DNA of 64,000 nt from Chthonomonadales bacterium. Its GTDB lineage: Bacteria > Armatimonadota > Chthonomonadetes > Chthonomonadales > CAJBBX01. Made by a program: the position numbers and the translations under genes. The notes beneath the pieces were generated by a model that saw only the letters and a program-made list of their open reading frames with translations, was not told where the DNA came from and did not search any database. Within the stretch, counting starts at the first letter, position 1. Each line of letters begins with the position of its first letter. The DNA lies in the NCBI GenBank assembly GCA_037443035.1, contig JBBIPC010000003.1, forward strand, positions 79,952 to 143,951, written 5' to 3'. Below, one piece after another: positions 37,362 to 46,514 of the stretch.

Positions 37362-37392
37362 ATCCAGAGCGGGCGCCAGGCCCGCTCTGGAT
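37362..37392. repeat. 13-bp perfect hairpin ATCCAGAGCGGGC-gccag-GCCCGCTCTGGAT
   Basis: It lies 22 nt downstream of the stop of the minus-strand lipoprotein gene. An extra direct copy of TCCAGAGCG sits just upstream on the + strand. No U-tract. Confidence 0.6.
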
Positions 37393-37413
37393 GGGGTTGC
37401 GGCTCGCCGACCG

Positions 37414-37650
37414 CTACTTGCCCTGCTTCTGGGCGAACTTCTCGGATTGCTCCAGCTCTTTGCGAAGAAGCCCCAGGACCATGGCCTTCACGTTGGCCGG
37501 CATCTTCGGGTCTTTCTGTACCTTCTCGATCTCGGCTTTAACCTGATCGGGTGTCTTCACCTTCGGTGCGGGTTCCCGCGAGCAACCGAAGAGAAGTGCA
37601 CACGCGGCCAGAGCCAAGAGCGCCGTCAGCAGGCGCAGGATGCCCAGCAT
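37414..37650 (-). CDS. Small lipoprotein (module B)
   Basis: 78 aa from ATG 37650 (MLGILRLLTALLALAACALLFGC lipobox). An alternative GTG at 37671 adds MTPHRRR. The longer ORF-track start at 37992 is unsupported. Confidence 0.6.
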   Translation of the reverse strand: MLGILRLLTALLALAACALLFGCSREPAPKVKTPDQVKAEIEKVQKDPKMPANVKAMVLGLLRKELEQSEKFAQKQGK

Positions 37651-37676
37651 GCGTCGGCGATGAGGCGTCACCGGAC

Positions 37677-38519
37677 TTACGGCTGCTGCCCGCGGCATGG
37701 GGAGTCCCAGCTCGGATCGTAGAGCCAATCCTGCGGCCCGCTGTCGTACCACTTGATCATGCCAGGGAACAGGACGTTGCGACAGTAGTTGAGCTGGCCC
37801 TTGACCATGGCCTTGGCATGGCCGTCGCCGAAGACCATGTTGGCCGACTGCGTATGCCGGTAGCGAGGCAGGTAGGTATTGCACTGAGGCCATCCGGCGG
37901 CATCGCAGTTGGGGCTGGAGCCGTCGGCCTCGAACTTGGCACCCGAGTTGGGACCGGTGAAGATAGGCGGCCATGTGGCGCCACCATGCCACCAGAAGTC
38001 CTCGGTCATGCCCTCGAGGCTCCCGTTGCCGTCGGTGCCGGTTCCCACTTCCGTGACAAGGACGATCTCAGCCGGACGATTGAGATTGGCCAGACCGACA
38101 GCCCCCCAGAAATTGCCGTTGGCCATGGTGGGATAGTGGATGATGCCCGAGTGGGCGCCGTAGATCCTCTTGGCGTTGGCTCTGCTGGGACAACTGAACA
38201 GACCGCCGACCACGGTGCCATCTCCAACGGTTACCGAGCCGAGGCTACCGTTCTTGATGTAAGGCAGGATGGCCATGCGCCAGTCGGTACGACTGCCGTC
38301 GGGGTTCAGGATGGCGGCATAGGGGAAGAGCTCATCGTAGTCCTGTACATACATCATGATGGCCGTACCCATCTGCTTCATGTTGGACAGGCACGAGATC
38401 GCTCGAGCCTTCTCCCTTGCTTGGGCGAAGACAGGGAACAGGATCGCCGCCAGGATCGCGATGATCGCGATCACAACGAGCAGTTCGATCAGGGTGAAGC
38501 CCGACCGTGTTGACTTCAT
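37677..38519 (-). CDS. Prepilin-type N-terminal cleavage/methylation domain protein, DUF1559 family (module B)
   Basis: ATG at 38519. It has [49 protein letters not shown] and a C-terminal FGDGHAK. Confidence 0.85.
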   Translation of the reverse strand: MKSTRSGFTLIELLVVIAIIAILAAILFPVFAQAREKARAISCLSNMKQMGTAIMMYVQDYDELFPYAAILNPDGSRTDWRMAILPYIKNGSLGSVTVGDGTVVGGLFSCPSRANAKRIYGAHSGIIHYPTMANGNFWGAVGLANLNRPAEIVLVTEVGTGTDGNGSLEGMTEDFWWHGGATWPPIFTGPNSGAKFEADGSSPNCDAAGWPQCNTYLPRYRHTQSANMVFGDGHAKAMVKGQLNYCRNVLFPGMIKWYDSGPQDWLYDPSWDSPCRGQQP

Positions 38520-38592
38520 TGTCTTGCTCCTTTCGTGGTGTGGAATGCCGATTGATGTCGGCACCGGTGGTGGGATGGGTGTAGTACGCCTC

Positions 38593-38608
38593 GCGCATTC
38601 GAACGCAT
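38593..38608. promoter_or_regulatory. Candidate LacI-2 operator O2 (minus strand ATGCGTTCGAATGCGC)
   Basis: It has a palindromic TTCGAA core and matches 12 of 16 positions of the site at 39742-39757. It lies 74-89 nt upstream of the DUF1559 start at 38519. Confidence 0.45.
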
Positions 38609-38739
38609 AAAAGGCCAAAGAGGAGGGTGTGAGAGGGTGTTCGAGACTGTTGATGACTCTAGAGAGCGCCCGCCGTCCCGGAAGGATAGTCCGAGAGCGG
38701 TTGGCGCGCCGCCCACTGGAGTTGCGCTTGGCCGAGCGG

Positions 38740-39729
38740 TCATGTGGTCTCTCCCACGCGAAACTCCACGGGCATGACCGTGACCGGTGGCACGTCTTCG
38801 CCGGCCATGAGCGCCTGCAGCGTCTCCACGGCCTTGCGCGATACCTCGGGCCAGTGTGCCAGTGTCGTGCTGAGGCACTTGGGGGTTATACGTGGGTCCA
38901 GGAGGCCGTCGAACCCCACGACTGCCAAATCCTCGGGTACGCGTATGCCGGTATGACGGCAAGCGAACATGAGATTCAATGCGGTGATATCGTTCCAGCA
39001 GCAGACGGCAGTGGGTGGAGCGGACATCCCGCGGATGGTCTCCAGGATTGGGCTGGCTTCTTCGTAACTGACGCGAAGGACAACCGGAGCGATCCCTCGC
39101 CGTCGGACCTCTTCGACGAATGTCTCCTCACGCAGGCGGGCGGATGCCAAGGGAGCCTCCGGCGCGATGAATGCCACGTTGCGGTGCCCTCGCTGATCCA
39201 CAAGATGGGCGACCGCGCCCCGCATGCCGGCCGCATCATCGCAGACCACCGTGGGAATGCCCGGCAGCGCGTCGGCAACAGCGACCACTGGCAGATGGGA
39301 CTGCCGCAACATGTCCACCAGCGGATCCTGAGGACTGGCGTGGAGCACCAGACCATCCAGCCGACCACACATCAGCTCCGCGAAACGCTCTTCGGCCGGC
39401 GTCTCCGGTGGGAAGTTGTGGAGGAGCAGGAACAGGCCCGTGCGACAGCACGTGTTCTGGAGGCTACCAATGATCTCTGCCAGGAACGCGTTGCGCGCAT
39501 CCAGGTTCCCATTGCTGCTGCAGAATCCGATGACACGGGTCCGACGCTCGCGCAGCGACCGAGCCACCGCATGAGGGCGGTAGCCCATGCGCGCTGCCTC
39601 CTCCAGAATCCGCTTTCGCGTCTCCTGGTTGTAGGTGTATCCCTCCGCATCGCTAAGCACGCGGGAAACGGTGGACTGAGACACGCCCAGCCGCCGCGCG
39701 ATCTCCCGGGCTGTCACCTTCTTCGTCAT
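38740..39729 (-). CDS. LacI family transcriptional regulator (LacI-2)
   Basis: ATG at 39729. The HTH is [22 protein letters not shown]...[16 protein letters not shown] sugar-binding domain follows. Confidence 0.9.
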   Translation of the reverse strand: MTKKVTAREIARRLGVSQSTVSRVLSDAEGYTYNQETRKRILEEAARMGYRPHAVARSLRERRTRVIGFCSSNGNLDARNAFLAEIIGSLQNTCCRTGLFLLLHNFPPETPAEERFAELMCGRLDGLVLHASPQDPLVDMLRQSHLPVVAVADALPGIPTVVCDDAAGMRGAVAHLVDQRGHRNVAFIAPEAPLASARLREETFVEEVRRRGIAPVVLRVSYEEASPILETIRGMSAPPTAVCCWNDITALNLMFACRHTGIRVPEDLAVVGFDGLLDPRITPKCLSTTLAHWPEVSRKAVETLQALMAGEDVPPVTVMPVEFRVGETT

Positions 39730-39741
39730 GTCACGACCTCG

Positions 39742-39757
39742 ATGCATACGAATGCAT
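39742..39757. promoter_or_regulatory. Candidate LacI-2 operator O1 (ATGCATACGAATGCAT)
   Basis: 16-nt near-palindrome with 7 of 8 arm pairs and a central CG. It lies 13 nt upstream of the LacI-2 start, in the divergent region shared with 40026..40991. Confidence 0.5.
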
Positions 39758-40025
39758 TGTACACACCTGTGACGTCTGTGTCAAGGGCCGCGGCTAAGTT
39801 GCCGAAGCACGATTCGGCGCATCGGACCTCCTATGACCGCCGCATCCCGGACTGCCACAGCACTGCCGTGCAGGCGCGTGGCTCTGCAGCGCTCGCCCGA
39901 GCCACCTGTTCCGGTGATAGCAATCCGTCGCCACAGCCGGTCGCTTCGACCCAGTTACGGCGCCATGGGCATCGGTGCTCGATATCGAATGGGAAACGCC
40001 CAGTCGGGTATCCTCAGTGGTACTC

Positions 40026-40991
40026 ATGGCACTCGACCTCGAGTTTCTGCTTGCTCTCTCCGAAGCGCCGGCAGTGGCCACAGCGTGCGGGCCGGTGCTC
40101 AGCATCGTGCGATCATGGTTGGGCGACCAGGCTGTCCTCCACCTCTGTCCGGATTCGCACGCGCTTGTTCTCCGTCCGGCGGCTCGACTGGACCAGGTGG
40201 AAACGCTGCTCGTCGCGCATATGGACGAGGTCGGCGGCGTGGTCCTCGGTGAGGCGAATGGCGGCGGATATTACGTGCAGCACTGGGGCTGTTCCGCAGA
40301 TCGGTTCGCCACAGCGAGCCTTCAGGGCATGGACTATCTCGCTCGGACGAGCGCCGAGGCGTTCCCGGTAGATGCAGCACCCACCCCGGACGGCAGCGCA
40401 GGCTCCTTCCTACTCCATGGGGCCGGCATACGCCCCTTCCGCACCGTCTGGACATTTCAGGGGAAGGCATCCATCAGCGGTGACTTCGTCATGGGCAAAG
40501 CTTTGGACCCGCGGGCCACCCTCTTCGCGGTTCTTGCTGCTTTCGCCGAAATGGGAGACCCCGTCGTGGCTGTTCTCATGGTCATGGCTGAAGAGTGCGC
40601 CATGGATGTGGCGCAGAAGGCCGTCCGTCTCCTCCAGCGGCAGGCTCCGGGACTACGGCGGATTGTCAATGCGGACGTGCCCGACGTGACCAATCTGATA
40701 GGCGGCAGGCTCGACAGGCCAGCGATACGTATCTTCGAAGGCCGGAACATGGTGGATCCATCCTTCGGCATTCGCCTTGCAGAGAACATCACCGATGTTG
40801 ACTTTCAGCTCACTGCGTCGCTCACCGGTAGCCAGACGCCGCTCTTCAGACCGCTGGCGCCTACGGTCTCCGTTGCCTTGCCTGGCGAAGGGGTCCATAC
40901 CCCCCAGACACGCATGAGCCTGACGGGCATCCAGCGTTGCGTAGACCTCCTTTGCCGCATTGCCACGGCCGGAGTCAGCGATGACGAGTGA
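40026..40991 (+). CDS. M42-family metallopeptidase/endoglucanase-like protein (FrvX/YsdC type)
   Basis: VAHMDEVG, GKALDPRA, MAEEC, ADVPD and GVHTP align with the M42 metal-ligand motifs as I recall them. The start is uncertain (GTG 39975, GTG 40017 or ATG 40026). Confidence 0.6.
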   Translation: MALDLEFLLALSEAPAVATACGPVLSIVRSWLGDQAVLHLCPDSHALVLRPAARLDQVETLLVAHMDEVGGVVLGEANGGGYYVQHWGCSADRFATASLQGMDYLARTSAEAFPVDAAPTPDGSAGSFLLHGAGIRPFRTVWTFQGKASISGDFVMGKALDPRATLFAVLAAFAEMGDPVVAVLMVMAEECAMDVAQKAVRLLQRQAPGLRRIVNADVPDVTNLIGGRLDRPAIRIFEGRNMVDPSFGIRLAENITDVDFQLTASLTGSQTPLFRPLAPTVSVALPGEGVHTPQTRMSLTGIQRCVDLLCRIATAGVSDDE

Positions 40992-41835
40992 GACCGCCAG
41001 GCAGGTCTCGGACACGCTGCCCCCTCCGCTCGAGATCATCAACCCGAACGCTCCGCGCGGCCGCGTACGCTCCGCGCTGTTCGATTTCGACGGCACCCTG
41101 TCGCTCATTCGCGAAGGATGGCAGGGCGTCATGATCCCCTATTTCGTCGAAGAACTGCTGGCGACGCCGAACCATGAAGCACCGGCGGAGGTGGAGCGAG
41201 TCGTCCGCGAGTTCGTCGAGCGCTTGACAGGCAAGCAGACCATCTATCAGTGTCTCCAGCTTGCCGACGAGGTACAGAAGCGGGGTGGCTCGCCCAGGGA
41301 GCCGCTGGACTACAAATACGAGTACCTCCGCAGGCTCTGGCAGCGAATCGAGCACCGTGTAGCAGCTCTGAAGTCGGGCGATGCGCATCCCGACTCCATG
41401 CTGCTGCGAGGCTCTCGAGCGCTGTTGAGAGCTCTCCGCGATAGAGGGGTTACACTCTATCTGGCCAGTGGCACGGACTTGCCCTATGTTCAAGACGAAG
41501 CCGCCGCGCTCCAGATAGACCAGTACTTCGCGCCTCGCATCTACGGCGCCCTCGACGATTACAAGAGTTTCTCCAAGCAGATGGTCATCGAGAGGATCCT
41601 CCGGGAGAACGATCTCCACGGAGCCGAGCTGGTGGTCTTCGGCGATGGCTACGTGGAGATCGAGAATGGCAAGAGCGTTGGCGGCCTGGCCGTCGGGGTT
41701 GCGTCCGACGAAGCCCATCCCGGCGGCATTGACCTTTGGAAACGTAACCGCCTCATCTCGGCAGGCGCGGATGTGATCATTCGCGACTATACGAACCTCG
41801 ATGCCATACTGCAGTACCTTTTCGAGCGATCGTAG
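40981..41835 (+). CDS. HAD-superfamily hydrolase
   Basis: It has motif I (LFDFDGTLS) and a late GDG motif. The ATG at 40981 overlaps the upstream gene by 11 nt. Confidence 0.8.
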   Translation: MTSETARQVSDTLPPPLEIINPNAPRGRVRSALFDFDGTLSLIREGWQGVMIPYFVEELLATPNHEAPAEVERVVREFVERLTGKQTIYQCLQLADEVQKRGGSPREPLDYKYEYLRRLWQRIEHRVAALKSGDAHPDSMLLRGSRALLRALRDRGVTLYLASGTDLPYVQDEAAALQIDQYFAPRIYGALDDYKSFSKQMVIERILRENDLHGAELVVFGDGYVEIENGKSVGGLAVGVASDEAHPGGIDLWKRNRLISAGADVIIRDYTNLDAILQYLFERS

Positions 41836-41847
41836 AGGAGGAGAGCC

Positions 41848-43299
41848 ATGGCAACGGACGGTCGGATGTTCGACACGGACAAGCGCATTCGCCTGGGCAT
41901 CTGGGGTCTGGGCCGAGGGCTGCATCTCTCTGGCGCATGCGCCGCCTTGAACATTGACGTTGTCGCTGGCCTCGACTATAGCGAGTACATGCGCCGGCAA
42001 TTCACCGAGAAGTTCCCCGGCGCCTACGCCACCGATGATGTGGAGTCGTTTCTCAGCGCCGACTTCGATGCGGTACTCCTTGCGTCCTACCTGCCCAATC
42101 ACGCAGCCGATGCCATGGCCTGCCTCCGCGCGGGCAAGCACGTGCTCAGCGAAGTGACGGCGTTCATGACCATGGCGGACGGCGTGCGGCTCGTGGAGGA
42201 GGTCGAGAGGACAGGCCTGGTCTATCAAATGGCGGAGAACTACCCCTTTTCGCCCGAGAATCGATGGCTGGCGCGTCGTTGGCAGGAGGGGCTCTTCGGC
42301 GATCTCATGTACGGCGAGTACGAATACGTCCACGAGGTGCTCTCGCTCGCCTTCACGGACATCAACGGTGTGCCCATAGAACCCGGCTATCAGGTGCATC
42401 CATGGCGAAGCTGGCTGAACTTCCACTATTACAGCACGCACTCGCTAGGGCCCATCATGTTCATCACGAACACGCGTCCGGTGGAGGTCTGCTCGCTTCC
42501 GGGTACTGTCCGGCTGCCAGGCTATCTTATCCGGGCTGCGCAGGGCATGGGCGGTGTCGCTCCGTCGCTGTTGCGTATGTCCAACGGCGGGCTGGTGCGC
42601 AACCTCATGGGCGCCACCACCAACGACTCCCATATTCAGCGTCTCTGGGGCACTCGAGGCTCGGCGGAACAGGTGGATGGCAAGCTCAGGGTCCGTCTCG
42701 GTGGTTTCGGCAATGCTCCCAAGAGTACTGTGACGCCGAGACATGACGAGCTGGGCCGCATGGCGGCAGGGACCGGTCACGGTGGCGGCGATTTCTGGGT
42801 GCTCTATTACTTCGCCCGTCAGATTCTCGAAGGAATCCCCGGCCCGTTCGATGTCTATGCGTCTGCGGACTGCACTATCGCAGGTATACAGGCATACCGA
42901 TCCCAGGCGGAAAATGGAGCCCCCCAACCGATACCTGACTTTCGCGTACCAAGCGAACGGGAGGCCTACCGCAACGACGAGTTCCGACAACCTGCCTACG
43001 ACACACGTACCGGCGTGTTTGGCGGCGCCACAGACGATCCGCTGGCGCGTCGTTTCACAACGGTTATGCGGGATCTCATCGCTGCGACGAATGCCGTGTG
43101 TGCGCACCGGGCGTGGGCATCCATCGCGGAGGATGTGGAAGATCCCTCCTTCCTGACGACTCTCGAGGCGAACGCGGCTGCAGCACTTCCCAAACTGGAG
43201 GAAGCCAGCAAAGCGGCTCGGCAGATCATAGCCGCGTATCCCAATACGGACGGCGCCAGGGTGTTGGGCGAGATACTGAACCGGATCGGGGCTGATTAG
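41848..43299 (+). CDS. Gfo/Idh/MocA family oxidoreductase (cytoplasmic, no signal)
   Basis: 483 aa with RBS GGAGGAG. IRLGIWGLGRG is the Rossmann motif, and GKHVLSEV is typical of the family. Confidence 0.8.
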   Translation: MATDGRMFDTDKRIRLGIWGLGRGLHLSGACAALNIDVVAGLDYSEYMRRQFTEKFPGAYATDDVESFLSADFDAVLLASYLPNHAADAMACLRAGKHVLSEVTAFMTMADGVRLVEEVERTGLVYQMAENYPFSPENRWLARRWQEGLFGDLMYGEYEYVHEVLSLAFTDINGVPIEPGYQVHPWRSWLNFHYYSTHSLGPIMFITNTRPVEVCSLPGTVRLPGYLIRAAQGMGGVAPSLLRMSNGGLVRNLMGATTNDSHIQRLWGTRGSAEQVDGKLRVRLGGFGNAPKSTVTPRHDELGRMAAGTGHGGGDFWVLYYFARQILEGIPGPFDVYASADCTIAGIQAYRSQAENGAPQPIPDFRVPSEREAYRNDEFRQPAYDTRTGVFGGATDDPLARRFTTVMRDLIAATNAVCAHRAWASIAEDVEDPSFLTTLEANAAAALPKLEEASKAARQIIAAYPNTDGARVLGEILNRIGAD

Positions 43300-43374
43300 C
43301 CAGCGGTCCTCATCACTCGAAGCTGGCGACGCGAGCAGCTGATCGGTGCCAGGACGAGAAGAGGTAGATAGCAC

Positions 43375-44154
43375 TTGCGCATACTGTTCATCGGTGATAT
43401 CGTCGGGCGTACAGGACGAGAAGCGGTAGTGGCCCTTGCGCCCCAACTGCGTAACGAACTGAGCGCCGATTTCGTCATAGCCAATGCAGAGAATGCAGCG
43501 GGAGGCGTGGGGATCACTCCGGCCCTGGCAACGGATCTGCTGACTAGGGCAGGCGTGGACGTGTTGACCCTCGGCAACCATGCGTGGGCCAAGAAGGAGA
43601 TCTACCCGTACCTTCAGTCGGAGAGCCGGATCTTGAGGCCGCTGAACTATCCGCCCGGTGCTCCGGGGAGTGGATGCGGGGTCTATGAAACGACATGTGG
43701 GGTGCTGGCTGTCATCGTCTTGCAGGGGCGCGTTTTCATGGAACCGGTGGATGATCCGTTCAGGGCCGTGGACCAAGAGTTGGTGAATCTCCAGGGTCAC
43801 GCGAACGCCGTCGTAGTGGACATGCACGCTGAGGCGACGTCGGAGAAACAAGCGGTTGCATGGCACCTGGATGGGCGCGTCTCCGCTGTCATTGGCACCC
43901 ATACACATGTACAGACTGCGGACGATGGCATCCTCGAGGGGGGCACGGCGTACATTACCGATGTGGGCATGACCGGACCGACACAGTCTATTATCGGGAT
44001 GGCCCCCAAGGCCATCCTCGAGCGGTTCCGGACCAACCTGCCGGCACGCTTCGAGGCGGCAGACGGCCCAGCCGCATTACGGGCGGTGCTGGTGGACATT
44101 AATGAAGCGAGCGGGCGTGCACGGCGTATCGAGCGGATTGTGCGCTCGGCGTAG
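43375..44154 (+). CDS. YmdB-like (TIGR00282-type) metallophosphoesterase
   Basis: TTG start. Motifs are MRILFIGDIVG, ANAENAAGG, LGNHAW and GTHTHVQTAD. Confidence 0.88.
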   Translation: MRILFIGDIVGRTGREAVVALAPQLRNELSADFVIANAENAAGGVGITPALATDLLTRAGVDVLTLGNHAWAKKEIYPYLQSESRILRPLNYPPGAPGSGCGVYETTCGVLAVIVLQGRVFMEPVDDPFRAVDQELVNLQGHANAVVVDMHAEATSEKQAVAWHLDGRVSAVIGTHTHVQTADDGILEGGTAYITDVGMTGPTQSIIGMAPKAILERFRTNLPARFEAADGPAALRAVLVDINEASGRARRIERIVRSA

Positions 44155-44254
44155 TACAATAAGATGTAAGTTGAGGATAGTTCCCGCGTATCACAAAGAC
44201 GATCGGGGGACGAGAGAACAGGCTCGTGGATACAAGCCTGAACAGGAGCGAGCT

Positions 44255-45478
44255 ATGAAACGCATGTGGAGACCGTTCCTACCGGCGGGCGCATTCTTGC
44301 TGGCGCTCGGGATGCCGGGTCGTGCAGACATCGCCCTCTATGAGGGCCAGACTCCCCAGGCCTCTGGTCTGAAGCTCCTCCCCTGGGGAAGTGGCGAAGC
44401 GACCGAGAGCACCGAATACGTGTTCACAGGTATCAAGTCCATCAAGGTCAAGACCCACGGACGCTATCAGGGCGCAAGGTTGGTGCTAGAACGGCCGCTG
44501 GACCTCCGGCAGGTGGCGGCCTCACCGGCGTCGCAACTTGCCGTCACTGTCCTTGTGCCGGAACGCACGAGCACCGGCCGCTTGCGCGGAAGCCGCCTCG
44601 GACCGGGCGGCATGATGGGGCCTGGAGGCATGATCGGCCCGGGCGGCGCAGCGGGCTCTGGAGGAATGATGGGGCCGGGCGGCATGGCAGGCCCGGGCGG
44701 TCTTCGCGGCGGCCGCGGTGGTAGCATGACCGGTCCTCCTGGAATGGGTGGATCCGGCGGAATGACAGGTCCTCCCGGAATGGGTGGCTCGGGCGGCACG
44801 ACGTCTCCTGGCGGGTCTCGGAGCCAACGAGGTGGACGCGGTGGCTCGGGTGGCATGCTTGGCCCAGGAGGTCCTGGGGGAGACGGAACAGGAGGCGGTA
44901 TGCTGGGTCCCGGCGGCTCGGGCCGAGGTGCCACGTACGGCCAGGATCTGCTTGTCGAGCCGAAGCCCATCAAGAGCGTTCGCGTGGTCGTCGTCCTGAA
45001 CACCGGCAAGCAGGTGGACGTAACACTACCCCTGGAGTACACGCGGCCGAACCCGGAAGGTTGGCGGACGCTCTCCTTCCCCATCGCGGCGATCCCGGCA
45101 CTGAAGGGCGCCGAGGGGCAGATCACCGAAGTGCGCATCTTCGGTGATTCCGTCGGAACCATGTACGTCGGCGCCATCCGCGCGGTGGATGACCAGACTC
45201 CCATCCGTGTCGCGAACCTGCCGGAGCGGACCGTCGCCGTCAACGACAAGGTGACCTTCACCGCCTCTGCGGAGGCCGGCGTCTCCCAGCTCAAGTACGA
45301 ATGGACCGTACTGAAGGCTGGAGAGAAGGTGGATCCGCTGCCGGTGGATGCCGAGGGTCGGGTTTTCGAGCATAAGTTCCGCAAGAGCGGCGAGTACGAC
45401 GTACACCTGACGGTGCGAGACGTCTACGGTCTCAAGGCGCCGGCACATACCGTAACGCGCGTCCGCGTGACCATGTAG
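44255..45478 (+). CDS. Secreted protein: beta-sandwich domain interrupted by a Gly/Met/Pro/Arg-rich low-complexity insert, with C-terminal PKD-like domain
   Basis: ATG at 44255 after AGGAG. The signal peptide is MKRMWRPFLPAGAFLLALGMPGRA. GPGGM-type repeats span about aa 104-226. The C-terminal part is VTFTASAE...YEWTV...GEYDVHLTVRD. Confidence 0.8.
   Translation: MKRMWRPFLPAGAFLLALGMPGRADIALYEGQTPQASGLKLLPWGSGEATESTEYVFTGIKSIKVKTHGRYQGARLVLERPLDLRQVAASPASQLAVTVLVPERTSTGRLRGSRLGPGGMMGPGGMIGPGGAAGSGGMMGPGGMAGPGGLRGGRGGSMTGPPGMGGSGGMTGPPGMGGSGGTTSPGGSRSQRGGRGGSGGMLGPGGPGGDGTGGGMLGPGGSGRGATYGQDLLVEPKPIKSVRVVVVLNTGKQVDVTLPLEYTRPNPEGWRTLSFPIAAIPALKGAEGQITEVRIFGDSVGTMYVGAIRAVDDQTPIRVANLPERTVAVNDKVTFTASAEAGVSQLKYEWTVLKAGEKVDPLPVDAEGRVFEHKFRKSGEYDVHLTVRDVYGLKAPAHTVTRVRVTM
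44726..44797 (+). repeat. Two tandem 36-nt units encoding MTGPPGMGGSGG twice
   Basis: Units at 44726-44761 and 44762-44797 are near-identical at the protein level and differ mostly at synonymous positions. Confidence 0.85.
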
Positions 45479-45510
45479 GCCGCCGCCAGCATTCGGGAAC
45501 GTTCGTGGAC

Positions 45511-45547
45511 CCCCTCGCTGGCTTATCGGCGAGGGGTTCCTGTTTCC
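45511..45547 (+). terminator. Probable intrinsic terminator
   Basis: CCCCTCGC-tggcttatcg-GCGAGGGG followed by TTCCTGTTTCC, about 33 nt after the stop at 45478. Confidence 0.55.
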
Positions 45548-45671
45548 AGGCGGCCCTTCCTCGCGGCACCTTCTCAGGGAACGGGAAGGAACTGCCAACT
45601 GATACTACCGAATATGCCACCTGCTGATTGCTGGTCAAGCGTGACGCTAGAGTCCTCGAAGGAGGTGCACC

Positions 45672-46505
45672 ATGGCACTAGCATTGAAGGTGACGGACAG
45701 CGGCAGGACCAGGCTCTCCTCAGTGAACCCGGACTCCCACGACGGCCTGGAGCGCGAGCATGCCGAGGAGGCCATGGCTCGCCTCGGCGAGGAGCTGGGT
45801 GAACTCGCAGACCTCCTGTTCTACGCCGGCACGCATGCGCTGCTGGTCGTTCTTCAGGGACGCGACACAGCCGGCAAGGACGGCGCCATCCGACGCATCC
45901 TGCGCTATGTCAATGCCCAGAGCTGCCGGGTCGTCCCGTTCAAGGTTCCTGTTGGCCCCGAGATCGAACACGACTTCCTCTGGCGAGTCCATGCGCAGAC
46001 GCCAGGGCGGGGCAGCATCGCCCTCTTCAACCGGTCCCATTACGAGGACGTCCTTGTCGTGCGGGTCCACAACCTCGTGCCCGAGTCGGTTTGGCGTCGT
46101 CGGTACTCCCATATCAACACTTTCGAAGAGCTACTCTTGGATAGCGACACCATCCTGGTAAAGATCTTCCTGCACATCAGCAAGGACGAACAGGAGAGGC
46201 GACTTCTGGACAGAGAGAAGGAGGTGGAGAAGGCCTGGAAGCTCAACGTAGGAGACTGGGAGGAACGATCGTACTGGGACGCCTATGAGAAGGCCTACGA
46301 GGAGGTGTTCGAGCGCTGCAGCAGCAAGCGGGCGCCGTGGTACATCATCCCAGCGAACCACAAGTGGTTCCGCGATGTCGCTCTGCTAGAGACGCTGGTT
46401 CACGCCCTGCGCCCCTATCGGGACGACTGGGAGCGCCAGCTGCGGGCAATTGGCGACCAGCGCCGGCACGAACTGGAGGTTTTTCGCGCTAAGAACCACT
46501 CGTGA
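45672..46505 (+). CDS. ppk2: Polyphosphate kinase 2 family protein
   Basis: 277 aa with RBS GGAGG. It has the P-loop-like GRDTAGKDG and RSHYEDVL, FLHISKDEQ, RAPWYIIPAN motifs. Confidence 0.88.
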   Translation: MALALKVTDSGRTRLSSVNPDSHDGLEREHAEEAMARLGEELGELADLLFYAGTHALLVVLQGRDTAGKDGAIRRILRYVNAQSCRVVPFKVPVGPEIEHDFLWRVHAQTPGRGSIALFNRSHYEDVLVVRVHNLVPESVWRRRYSHINTFEELLLDSDTILVKIFLHISKDEQERRLLDREKEVEKAWKLNVGDWEERSYWDAYEKAYEEVFERCSSKRAPWYIIPANHKWFRDVALLETLVHALRPYRDDWERQLRAIGDQRRHELEVFRAKNHS

Positions 46506-46514
46506 GGCGCACGC

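Noticed and set aside
38629-40371. 580-aa + strand ORF
   Set aside because: It is antisense to the well-supported LacI-2 gene and runs across an intergenic region. The sequence is low-complexity and Arg-rich with no motifs.
40975-43908. Two very long minus-strand ORFs (40975..42441, 488 aa; 42445..43908, 487 aa)
   Set aside because: They lie antisense to the + strand genes with clear family motifs (HAD hydrolase, Gfo/Idh/MocA, YmdB-like). Their translations are Arg/Ala/Gly/Pro-rich with no recognisable motifs. These are typical high-GC shadow ORFs.
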